DNA of 63,245 bases, filler included, from Perkinsus chesapeaki ATCC PRA-425 (GCA_013115145.1; 5 parts of 5 records of this genome joined end to end with filler, not necessarily neighbours in it), one strand, 5' to 3'; shown: positions 1 to 11,650, counted from the first letter of the whole stretch. The notes: generated by a model from the letters alone, not told the origin. Numbers and translations: made by a program.

Positions 1-2
1 CC

Positions 3-310
3 TACTCACTCATTCATTATGCCTGCATCCATCAACGAGTTGCGTCAAGAGAATGAACGGAACATCTTAACACCGTTGGAGCAAGAACATCGAAGCTCGA
101 TGATCGAACGACGGAGAAAAGTCATTGTTGACAACTGCCATCTTGAATGCCCACAAAGAATTCGAAATCCACGCAACTATACTTCAATGGCGTGGCTACT
201 TACAGAAAGCGAATCGCAGCAAGTGGACGAGTTTTCTAGTACAGCAATATCGGAAGCAAAGTGAAATGGAGACCTCTCAATGGTGCTGGACTAACACAGC
301 TAGTCTCTAG
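3..310 (+). mobile_element. Repeat fragment at contig start, possibly a non-LTR (LINE) ORF2 linker remnant
   Basis: Bases 3-72 are identical to 59901-59970. Frame 125-310 reads WRGYLQKANRSKWTSF, which loosely resembles the 'AK..SW..F' linker between APE and RT in R1-like LINEs. Weak by-eye match. Confidence 0.3.
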
Positions 311-443
311 CAGAGAGAGCCTCGCTCCCTACAACAAAGTTTCACGACGGATTTAGTTAGTCTCTAGCAACTAACCAGTCGACAGCCAAATGAAAGGCGA
401 CTAGCAAATAAGATTGGACGGCCTAAGCAAAGTCGGCCATGCG

Positions 444-1826
444 CTAGGCCACTGTTTCCCCAAACCCAATTCGACCTTCGTCAGGTCGGAACTCGAAGTA
501 ATTACCAACTAGAGCTTGACCCGGCAAATACCATACAGAACCCCGGGTCGGTGCGATATTTAAGTAGCATATTCCTCTCGAAAGGCGAGTATAACTCCTA
601 GGGGTAAGGTTGAGGGGGACTTTTTCAGTACCGAGCCAGTATGTCACCAGCGGCAGAGCCTCGCGTTGTGTGCAGTTAGCCGTCCATCTTCTGAGTCTGT
701 CATTCCAAGTGAGTGTCACTCCCGATTTTGCAGCTTCTCTTTTGAAACCCTCGATCAGAGTATCGTAGTACCTCTGACCCACATAGAAGGTATCAGCTCC
801 CGTATCGATGATAAGATCTACGTACTCGCGAAGACTCCAAGTTGCCTCGCCAGTTTGTATACTCTCCAGCCTAACGATGTACTCAATTAGGCTAGTGAAT
901 CTCACATAACGAAGGTCGTCTTTATACATTCTGCGGTCACCACCACCTAGTAAGAGCTCACCGAAATGGTCTATAGCCCAGGGTTTCCGTTTTAGATACA
1001 ATGCAAATACCTTGGCGCCGATCACCTTAGGAGACCTGCTCACTAGCTGCTGCAGTATGGGTATGCCACCAGCCGTTGCAGGACGAGGGCCAAGGCCAAG
1101 TATGCTCTCAGCCTGTCGAACCGTGGGAGGAGGCTGTTGACCACAGGTCAAACCGAACTGAAGGTTTCTAACATTAGTCGAAGAGAGTGGAACTGTACCG
1201 TTGTATAGGAAGACGCGCACCCTATCGCCATCGTGGTATGTTATCCAGAAAGGGTTCAGTGGCGGGCAAGGTGTGGGGCACGTGTAGCATCCAACACCAG
1301 GTTTGCGACATGCTCCTGGGACAAGCTCTTCTTCGTACCAGTCTTTCCAGAGGAAGTAAGTGCTTGGGGACCCCGTGTCGATCATGGCCCAAATGTCGCC
1401 CGTGGGCATTTTAAACAAAGTAGATAGCCGATAGCCGAATAGATCATCAACCTTTTGTAGCGCATGAAGCCTCAGCACTTGTGCTTCCACAGTAGGGTGA
1501 ACAGTTAAGCATAGAATAGCGATCAGAAGGAGAGCTGAATAGCGGCGACGACGAGAAGCACTCCAGTCCTTTTGCGGTTGGGAATCTTCATAAGAGCACG
1601 CCACACCGAGACTTTTTGATGGATATGTTCGCGTGTTCATAAACGCGGAAATAACTGCGGCCATTATTGGAAATACTCGGATATCCTGGTTGACTGTCGC
1701 ACCGGACAAGCGGCGATAAGGTAGAATAACTGCGGCTGTGCCGGGGTATGCATAGCGCGCCACTTCTCGCGCCGCTGTCCGTCTCGTTTCCGTGCAAAGA
1801 GGCCAACTCGACTCTGAGTGGTGCAT
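444..1826 (-). CDS. Pepsin-like (A1) aspartyl protease, intronless; true start uncertain (Met63 is plausible)
   Basis: 460-aa ORF with both catalytic motifs (AMIDTGS, LIIDTGA), ILGLG and LLLGG psi-loop motifs, a flap Tyr (ITYHDG), and hydrophobic segment YSALLLIAILCLTV upstream of the catalytic domain. Confidence 0.9.
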   Translation of the reverse strand: MHHSESSWPLCTETRRTAAREVARYAYPGTAAVILPYRRLSGATVNQDIRVFPIMAAVISAFMNTRTYPSKSLGVACSYEDSQPQKDWSASRRRRYSALLLIAILCLTVHPTVEAQVLRLHALQKVDDLFGYRLSTLFKMPTGDIWAMIDTGSPSTYFLWKDWYEEELVPGACRKPGVGCYTCPTPCPPLNPFWITYHDGDRVRVFLYNGTVPLSSTNVRNLQFGLTCGQQPPPTVRQAESILGLGPRPATAGGIPILQQLVSRSPKVIGAKVFALYLKRKPWAIDHFGELLLGGGDRRMYKDDLRYVRFTSLIEYIVRLESIQTGEATWSLREYVDLIIDTGADTFYVGQRYYDTLIEGFKREAAKSGVTLTWNDRLRRWTANCTQREALPLVTYWLGTEKVPLNLTPRSYTRLSRGICYLNIAPTRGSVWYLPGQALVGNYFEFRPDEGRIGFGETVA

Positions 1827-2676
1827 GACATTGTTTTGCCTGTTCAGCTGCTACGTCAGAGTGGAGCATGTTAGCACTGAAATAACAATGAAGGCACGAA
1901 CAATGTGATATTATGGGATTGATCCACGCATTACTACACTACCTGAGATGGAGCTGTCGGAGGTCCTTTAGGCGCCAAGCCTTTCCCGGTATGTCATACC
2001 ATATGTCATTGACGGCTTGAGTATACACGCGGTAGTTGCTCCGGGTTCTCCACGTGTCATGTCACACATTAGTGTGCGTGTAAAGTCGGCAGTTAGCCTA
2101 ATACCGGTTTAGACAGTACTGGAGTATTCAACCATCGACATATTGATGATATAAATATCACGTTGTCGCTTATTGCACAGTCGCTCCACGGAAGTTGCGT
2201 GACGCAGAATAAGGTGGAGTAGGGATGCGGCTCTCATCATGAGGGAAACGTTTTTTTTTGCGAAGTGCGTCACGGTAGGCAAGATCAGACAAGAAAGAGG
2301 GGAAACAGTTCAAAATTGCGAGAAATGTGGAGTTACAAGAGAAGTTGGATGTGTGAGCATGCATCTGCACTGAGTGAAGCTCGATAATTTGAGATGGGAG
2401 CCTCGCAGCTCGATGGCTTGTTCAGCCCACTACAAGTTCAGATTTGCTCTTATTTGACTCCAATGGGGTCACCCTATGAACTCCGTTATTGCCTACAAAT
2501 CACTACGGAGTCACCGTGTGGTCACTGGCGGCGAGCGAGAGAGAGACATTGGTAATGTTGTAAGCCGGATTATCCGAGGATCGAACTCTCATCGTTACCG
2601 TCGGAGACGACACGGTAGTGAAGCTTCATTCGCGCTTTCGCTTATGGAAACGAGAGACTGTAGGAAAGAGAACAAA

Positions 2677-5600
2677 CTCAGTGTAGACTACACTGAGACT
2701 ACACTGTGTAGTCGAATGTGCGTTGTTATCACACCAACGAATGAGATAATCGATAACCGGGGACCCGGTCCGAGGTAAGTATGGTGTAATCGTGGAGGTT
2801 CGCGGTGTGGTTCGTGGCTTAGGAAAACTCTCCGTCACGTGATGCGTTTGCCGTGGGAAGTAACTGGAGAAGAATTTGCAGAAGGCAGATTTGCTTCTGC
2901 CAGAAGCGTGGACCTCTTCCGGTCCTTCGAGCCTGTGGACTCATTCGTGGTCATTATGCGACCATCATTCCTACGATAATAATTTCAGAGCTGGAATATT
3001 CATGTCCTATTTGTCATGTGCAACTTGCAAGGTGTAAGTGAGCTCGATAGGATTGCAAAGACATCGAGCGGCTTGCATGGCAAATTTGAACAAGACGTGT
3101 TCACAAAACCTGGCAGTGTCAGGCTGGCACAGTACATCCTGGGATGATTCAAGTCAGCAAAGGTTTTTGTTTAAGATACATCACGGAGGAGTGTACCGAG
3201 TACACCCGCTGACCTGCTTAACTAGCAGTAATGCAAGTAATGGTAGTGCTTGTCACAATGAGAAACAACTACACAGAAAAGATATCAGGCGGCGAGATTG
3301 CATCCGGTCCGAGGTGGAGTAAACAAATGGTCCTTCTATGACCAGTAGGTAGCACGGTGCTAATAGCACCTCATGGTGTCAGAAACGGAGTGTTTCTGAC
3401 ACTGTTTCAAACAGTGCGCCTTCACAAAGTACGCGAACATCGAGCCTCCGTTGCCATATAGTGTACACTCAACAAAGTCGAACTCGACGCAAATTGAGGG
3501 GTGAGACGTATCAAATTGATACTATTAATATCTTTGCTTGTCCTCTCTCACTGGTTCCGCAATTCAAAGTCATATAGGTCGGCGAAGTAGTTGAGGATCT
3601 GAGAAAAACCCAATTCCAGTGTATTTCGATCGTAATGGCGCTCTCCTGGCTCTAGCTGTGGTCTGACCACACAGACTACTGAGAGAGGACGACCATCAAA
3701 CTTTTAATCTATGCAATCGATAGTGATCAAAATGATTAAAATTCAAAATGAGTCCTCGCTAAGTTCAATGCGATTATCGATCCTCAATCGTGACTCACGA
3801 TTCGTGAGTCTGACTGTCAGACTCTGACACGTTCATGTGAAGGCTTACTAGTGACACGTTACTTGTTCGCAATGTGGGCGCCGTTCTCTATGACAGAGAC
3901 GCTTTAGTTTAGAGTCTTAACGTGACAAGATCTCAACTAGCTTAACAATTGGAGAATAACCAGACCGAACAGCGAGAAAGATTTGGTGCGAACTTCCCGA
4001 TTATCGTGATTGGGGTCGTCAACTCACCGATCGTTGGCCATCGTCCGAATAGAGTGGCGACATCTGCCGCCCCATAAGGGCATGTGCTTTTTCCAGCGGG
4101 GTGACTAGATTCCGGATGTGGAACACCTTGCTAGCTCCGGGCAGTACGTCACGATGCCTGATAGGAGAAGTTAAACTCAAAACTGAAGGAAGCCGAAAAC
4201 CTCATAAATCTGCAGATTTAGGAACGAATGATAATGATGAATCGTCATTGATGATTGATAATGAGTATTGTCACGCATATCCATTCATATATATTGCATT
4301 ATATATGAATAAATCGTTCGCTCGCCTGAATGATTCAACATCATTCGGAGGGAACGACAGCTTGTGAAACGGCTGGAGTATTCCGCGCAGTTCTCATTGT
4401 CTGTCAGACAATGAGAACGACAACAGACAGTAGGGACTCAGACAATGTCTGAGTTCAGTGGCTTACTTTTTCTACGCCACTCCGTCTCTCGGCGTTCTGC
4501 TTTCCGTCCCTCTACTGGCGACCCGTCTGCAAGCTACCCTGGATATGTATAATCATATAGCAAGGTAATCGCGTTAAGAGATTGGCACGTTAAAACGTGG
4601 TAGGTCGACCCATAGAGGTTTCGAACCGCGTGACGCGCCTGCTCAACTCGCGCGCGCGCCCGTATCGGTCACGCGGGCTAGACAAACTTACAGTTAGTTT
4701 TGTCTGATCGGTCTTCTTTCAGATATCGGGTTCGACTGTTGGTAGTTTACCCCTTGAACCAACAGACATATCTTGCGGCTCGAGCTTTATGCACCGTTTT
4801 AACTAGCTTGGTGGTCATTGCGTTCTTTAGTCTATACTCGTATTACGAGTCTCGTAATAAGACTAAACAATGTTTAGTAAACATGGTGACAGCTGCTGAT
4901 ATCAACAACGCCGACACTCAGTGACTGAGTCTCAGTCTGAACTGACGGAGCTTCGCGGCGCTTGCCGACCTCAGAGAAATAAGGAGGTTCAAGAACTTGC
5001 CAAAGTCCGCACTGAACTGGACAAGGCCTACGACGAGGACGACCACGAGCGTTTTGTAGAGCTTCAAGAACGCGAGGGTACATTGGAGACTGAGATTGCA
5101 GTGCAATCATTGCACGTTATCGAGATGTCATTGGTACATGTTCCTCCAAGATTTATCGTCTCCTTAGCGATTCTTCTCATCAAGCTAACTCTCAAGCCTC
5201 TACTGATCTATCACAGATGATATGACTATGATAGATTGCCTACAATGATTTCGTCACTTCTTTGGCTTCTGTTTTTACCGATGCTCTGTCAGTCGACTTC
5301 TACTCCTACTAAAATGAGCGATTTTCAGTCTCATCACGAGCTCTCAATGATGTATCACTGCTTGCGATACATTATCACAGGATGGAACCTTGTTTTGGGC
5401 AGCCTTCGGAGAGAAATGCGAGGATGCACGTTTCCATCCGTATGATTGAATCATAATGATTCTATCAAAGTTCTTGTCATAGAGAAGTTTTTAAAAACAT
5501 TAGCACGTCCATACCTTTACCATCGTCAACAAGGTCGCTAGACACATCGACTCACCAACAGTTCGGCCTAACTGGGCTTCACTGAAGGACATTCTCTTGG

Positions 5601-6293
5601 TACATTTTCGAGCGTCGGGTTCACGATTCTAGCGATCCGGTGCCGCTTTCACCGGCATTGCCTACCACAGATGCCATGGAGGTCATAACTGATTGTGACA
5701 CCGCCTATGCCAGTGGCATAATGCCACCACAGATTCATCAGCTTCGGAATCCGAAGCTCGGAAGACCCGCTTCTCATTCTAGTCCCCGCTCCCGCTACTT
5801 CAGGCTCTTGATGGTACTGTTGCTGCTGGTAGGAAACCCATTCCATTGTCTCCAGGTTACAAGAGAAGAACTCGGAAGCTAAAGACTCCCGTGATTGTCC
5901 ATCGCAGCAGTACTCTGAGTCCTGTACTCAGGATAACAGTTTATACTCGTAATAAGACTAAACAGGATACCTTGGGAAATACGGGGCCATTTTCCACGGT
6001 ATAATAACATTGTCAGGAACTAGCGTGAGGAATACCAGCTCTACTCAGTGATACAGTGACACTATGTGTTATAGAGCTAAGATTCTCATTTAAGTGTTAC
6101 ACTGCAAGCCCAAGATACCAACCAGACTGGGCTATGCAAATGCTACTAGAATAACCTATTTTTTTCGACTCACCTCTGCATACTCAGACTCCCAGCCTGA
6201 TAGGCTCTGTATAGTTGCCGTAACCACTCCAGAAGAATTGCTGAAATAAAAAAACAAACAAGTGTAGATAATAGGACTCCTATCATAGGAGTC
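2677..6293. repeat. Tract enriched in short perfect palindromes with 1-nt centres
   Basis: 19 palindromes with arms of 7-14 bp read directly, e.g. 4390-4418 GTTCTCATTGTCTG-T-CAGACAATGAGAAC, 2677-2697 and 6275-6293. Confidence 0.85.
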
Positions 6294-7186
6294 AACATCG
6301 ATGGAAAAAGTATTCACTCTAGTTTCAACTCCGGATCATGCAATTTACTGCGACCAATCTTGAGCGCGTCTAGTTGCAAACCATTTACCTTTTGATCTCT
6401 CGGCTTGCCTCAAGGGTTCGGGTGTCCCCGGTTGCTGGAGAAGTTCCTGACAGGTAAAGCTTGTAAACGCGATAATCTTGTTTTCGTTGAGAATAACGGA
6501 TGGAATGCATACAGTGGCAACAAGGATGTTTCGTAATAATATAGGGGCTCATAATATATCTCAAACCTCTGAATGAGAAGACATGAGTCGAGCGATGTTG
6601 CCAAGGAACTCGAAGGGCACTTGTCGCCGACCGCTATCAGGGTGCATTCCGACATACAACATTTGTGGTGTTCATTCCCATCAAACTTACCTGGTACCAT
6701 ACTTGGGGATTAGGTTGATGATGTAAATTATTTCTCTCCAGGGTCTCAATTGCTTCCAAAACTTCCGTGCTGTAGTACTTAGAGACCAAAGGTACTGAAG
6801 ATAACACCGTCCGCCGTCACCCGCCCTTGGCCTTCCCGAAGCATCAGTTGTGACCCTGCGACACCACACTCGAGAAAGAGGGCGGATTCAAACTGGAGAA
6901 GATCAAAAAGAGGTCCCGACCCCTCATTAGTGGCTACTATCTCCATAATGACGGCTTTGAGAGGAGATGGGAGTAAAAACTGTATTAGCCTATACAGATT
7001 CATCGAACAATCACAACACTTTGGCGACGCATTAGTAATAAATTATCACAAGCCTTGTAATAGGACTGTAGCGCCAACCGGGAAGGTATTGATAACAGCG
7101 TAATACCGTTTTATCTGCAAAAATCCGCGATCAAGGAGAACTAAAGGGGGGGGCAGTTCGTATCCCGAGTCGAGAAGGGGGCCCTC

Positions 7187-9620
7187 CTACTTACTGAACG
7201 CGTCCATCTCCTGCCTCCGTGATGTCTGTGCCATCCATGCTTCATTGTACCAAACAGTGAGGATCAACGACAGGAGCGAGGATATAACTGCTATCGATCG
7301 AGTTATAGAATGTGATGTACCGGCGGCCATGAGGACATACAAGGAACTGATGCCACTCAATAGGGAGACGGTATTAATCCGAGTGGCACTTTTAGGGAAG
7401 CAGGAGGTTTTACTGGGCATCAGCCTTGGCTCGCCTCTAGTGGCATTCCGCAGCATGTAGAGTCTACATCCATAACGAAACCAGCACCCTAGGGGAAGTA
7501 CCAACGCCAGGGAAGGAACAATCCACCAGTCGAAACGTATCAAAAATGATAAAGAAGAATGTGTCCCAGAATAACAAGTGTAAATATGTCCCATCACCAA
7601 CCCACAATGTTTGCAATGCGGTAGGATCTAACTTTTCTCATCAAGGTTTCATGAGCGAAGCGTTCGCAGCTCAGTCGCTAAACGTGAAGCTGTTCAGGGC
7701 AGTACTCAAACCGCGGCAACGGTAAAATGTCGAATGTGTCGTATCTCAGTAATGCTTTATAATAATATTGCCACTTTCTAGGTGTGTGGTATTTCACCTG
7801 CAAACATGAATACTGGGACACAACAGGATGCCATTAAAAAGGTCAAAGGAGACAAGCATGAACACTGGCGCAGCATCCTTATACTATACTTCACTTTCTC
7901 GACGAATGACTAGGAAATCGGTACCGGGCCCTGTGGGCTAACGCTCCTTCTCATATGTTTGGTAACCCGAATGTCAACCTACAAGGGTTACTAATGCTTT
8001 GTGAACCGTCCATACTTTTATCTAGAAGCGCTGTAGTCAGAACTTAGACCTAGCCAAAGGGGACGGATTGGAAGGGAGTTGAAGCATTACAGTTTGGACA
8101 CGGCCGATGGTGCAACATCCCCTGTAGTGCGATTTTGGCGAGCCCCACTGCGGTCGCAAGATTTATAAGTGAAAAGCTTACTCCGAGTTTCTCTGCCATT
8201 TTCTTGGCGTCAGCTGCCACACTGTCGATGCTGTGCGATCGAGGAATAACGAGGCTCATGGTGGCCTCAAAAATGTCATACCCGACATGAGAGCCTGCTA
8301 GTAGCGGTAGAAATGACACCAACTGGAGGGAGATGCTCACCAGGGCAGTTGGAAGATTCCAGAGCCACGATCTGGTAATTCCGGTCTGCTGCGTATGCAG
8401 CCAAGGACTCGAGAAGACCCAAGTCATCCGGGCCTATTAGCTTCATGGTCAGAAGGGTTTGACCTGACTGATATTAGTGGGGGGGGCCATTCAATCGCTT
8501 AATTCTCGACTAACTTATTCAGCTCGTATTCGAGGAGCAATTCTGGTATGGAATCCAACGATCATCTATGTTCCGGCATTAATGAGACGCAACTGTTGGC
8601 GAATCACGGGCAGCTGCAATAAATTTCCGCGCCTTCCAAGAGAAACAGTAACAGCTGCTTGAAAAAATTGTATCGAAGATGTTCCGAGCACGACAGCATT
8701 CACTATTGCCTCGGTGACGAATCCAGGGTCCTAGTTTAGAGGGCCGTAATATCAATCAAGCTCTCGAAAATCAGTTTCCGAACGACCCACCGCTTACCGG
8801 TAAACGGGCTCCAGGCGTCCACGGTGGTCTTCCTAAGGCCGATGATGAAATCTGGAAAACTGTCCTGGAGACAGCCCTAAGAGGTCGAAGCATGCAAGAT
8901 ACTAGCAAGGTTAAGATGAGACCTCCAGATCTGTGAGATTCTCCTCTTCCATGTGAACAACTGCCATGATGGCGAAATCCCCACCGACTCTAGTCATACG
9001 CGTCTTGCCTGAGATTGTGTCGAAGTTCACCATGCTGCGCTAACGCTAAAACGTTGGCCGAATTTCAAGGTGTTTTAGTGGCGCCTCTTAGTGCACCAGT
9101 GGGCGACTGCTGACTGTAATACTGTAGGAGTAACACCTATCCCTAGAACTATATGTAATGATTATAAAAGTGTAAATATGACTTTGAATTAGTAATGTGA
9201 ATGGATATACAGCCTTTATGACTTTAAATTCGTAATGTGAATGGATATACAGCCTTTATGGATTCTCGCCTAGATTCAACTTGTCAAGGATATTATTCGA
9301 TGCTTACCGATATTGCCCTGGAAGTTGGCGATGCAGCGGCATACTTGAGATATGATGCCTGAGAGGAGGAGGAGGAATCCTTGTGTTGCCCGACACTACT
9401 AGGCCTTTTCGGTTTAGGCAGGAATTCGATTTTGACAATTCATTGTGTGCGACACCAGTCGTTCAAGTCGGTGACTTTCGCACGAATCTTAGCGGCCATA
9501 AACTTCACACCGCGGCTTGTCGTCTTCGATTGCCAATTGCGAAAAGTCATTCTAAGCTGCTCCACAGATTCAGAGAATAATACCGTCATCTATCGGCGAA
9601 AAATCGTTCGAATAGACTCG
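7187..9620 (-). pseudogene. Degenerate transposase-like remnant, possibly hAT
   Basis: Broken minus-strand frames give KTTVDAWS (8809-8832, like the hAT TxDxW motif), CSEH (8679-8690, CxxH) and FDWW near 7530. Many stops, and motif spacing is shorter than usual. Confidence 0.3.
9177..9259. repeat. 40-bp tandem duplication
   Basis: TATGACTTTGAATTAGTAATGTGAATGGATATACAGCCTT is repeated with 2 mismatches. Confidence 0.9.
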
Positions 9621-10204
9621 AAATAGTACACAAAACGACGCATAGCCAGAACTAAGATACGTGTCTAACAGGATCAGTTGGTGCTGCTTATTTGCATTCA
9701 GAATGCAAAGGCTACTTAACTTTAATAGAATGCAGAGTTCTATTAAGACCTACATTCTGTATCCTATTCACAGTGGGACTCTGCAATGGCATTACACGTA
9801 CACAGATGACTTCGAAATCGGTTCGCTGAAACCGAGGGATCCCCACGGTTCACCAACTCTATCGGTTCCGGAGAGACACATTATAGCATCAGTAAATATC
9901 GAGCGACGAGTAGCAGATTTAGCTTGTCTGGTGAAGGGTATCAGTTTTGATATAAGCATGGCGAACGTGGGCCAAAGGTAACGCTGCAACGTTTAGTAAA
10001 TCATAGGGGGTGCACCATATATTGAGTTTGCGGTGGTCAACTACGTGTGAAGAGGAAATAAAGTCTCGAGTGAGTTCTCGGATATTAAGAAAAGTATATA
10101 TTGTGACGGAAAGGAAGATGAGAGGATCTTACGGCTCGAAGTTAGGAAAGTCGAGGAATGCTCCGGGTTGGAAAAGGGTTGCCGAAGGCAACCCTTTTCC
10201 AACG

Positions 10205-10687
10205 TTATAGTAGTTATAAGGTTATAGTAGAGCCGTAGTTGTACTTGTTGTTGTAGATTGATAAGATTGTAATTGTAGAGTGGCAGAGCTACAGTTGTTG
10301 TTAGGGGTCAGTAGAGTCGTAGTTGTACTTGTTGTTGTAGATTGGTGGGGTTATAGACTGATAAGGTTGTAGTTGTAGAGTGGCATAATTATAATTGTTG
10401 TTAAAGGTTATAGTAAAGCCGTAGTTGTACTTGTTGTAGATTGATAAGGTTGTAGTTTAGAGTGGCATAGTTATAATCGTTGTTAGAGGTTATAGTAGAG
10501 CCGTAGTTGTACTTGTTGTTGTAGATTGATAAGGTTGTTGTTGTAGATTGGTAGGGTTATAGATTGGCAAGGTTGTAGTTGTAGAGTGGCATAGCTATAA
10601 TGTTGTAGTTGTACAGTGGCATAGTTATAATCGTTGTTAGAGGTTATAGTAGAGCCGTAGTTGTACTTGTTGTTGTAGATTTATAAG
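10205..10687. repeat. G/T-skewed satellite with about 80-100-bp degenerate units, running into the contig end
   Basis: Recurrent GTTATAGTAGAGCCGTAGTTGTACTTGTTGTTGTAGATTG and GTAGAGTGGCATAGTTATAA blocks. Confidence 0.9.
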
Positions 10688-10787
10688 NNNNNNNNNNNNN
10701 NNNNNNNNNNNNNNNNNNNNNNNNNNNNNNNTTAATTAATTAANNNNNNNNNNNNNNNNNNNNNNNNNNNNNNNNNNNNNNNNNNNN
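10688..10787. other. Artificial contig linker (44N-TTAATTAATTAA-44N)
   Basis: Six-frame-stop palindrome centred in Ns, identical at four places in the window. Confidence 0.95.
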
Positions 10788-11238
10788 ATGAAAGGCAATG
10801 CCTTTTATCACTTCAGTCTCGGTTGTGGGCTCCTAGTAGGAGCCTCCTACTGCTTACGCCATGAATAATTCACGGTGAATTTTACGGGCACAGACGGTAC
10901 CGTATCCTCAGTAGCTAAAAAGCCTAGGTAAGGCACCGCGATTCTGTTCGAAGTGATTCGGAAATTCCGAGATTCGTAACCAAGTGGGTTACGTTGTGCC
11001 TCCAACTGCGTTCCAAACAATCCACTTCGATGGCCTAAACGCACTGATCCATCTTGATATTGGTCATCACTGCTGACTCGGCAGTTTCTCTTGACTCTTT
11101 TGTTAAATCGTGTCATTCAAGCCTATACATGGCGCGAGGGGCATAGAAGACATGGTCGATGATTGCAGATCATTCGCTGCTGAATGACGGATGACTCCAT
11201 TTGATGCTTCCCAGAGTCAACTGCTGCTCCGTTCAAAG

Positions 11239-11380
11239 TTGGGAGTTATAACCTTTTCAAAACACCGCGTTGTTGTGTCGCTGATAAATATTTAATAATT
11301 ATTAATTATATAACGAGTCGTTATGTAATAACCTTTCAAAAGGTCGTTATTAACAACCTTTTGGTTGCTCGAACTCCCAA
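11239..11380. mobile_element. Possible MITE-like element
   Basis: 9-bp terminal inverted repeat TTGGGAGTT/AACTCCCAA around an AT-rich core with internal palindromes. No clear target-site duplication. Confidence 0.3.
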
Positions 11381-11650
11381 GAACGCAGACTTAACTGAAC
11401 TACTATCAACGATTCTTGGTACTTGTGCGCCTTGCTGAGAGATATGACCCTTCTCAGCTACAGTGTGGCTTGATCAATCTACAGTAGCCCTTTGCGGGAG
11501 CTCGTATTCCGAGGGTGACACCTTTCATGTGACTTCTCGGCACTGCCTAGTACTGTTTAGTAGAACTCGAATGCAAACTACGAACGCAACAACACTGAGG
11601 TAATCACATCCAGTCGGCCACTGAGCGACTTCTCTCAAGGCATTCACGAT

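Noticed and set aside
10732-10743. TTAATTAATTAA palindrome recurring four times
   Set aside because: Always centred in exactly 44 N on each side; it is an artificial six-frame-stop linker, so synteny across it cannot be trusted.
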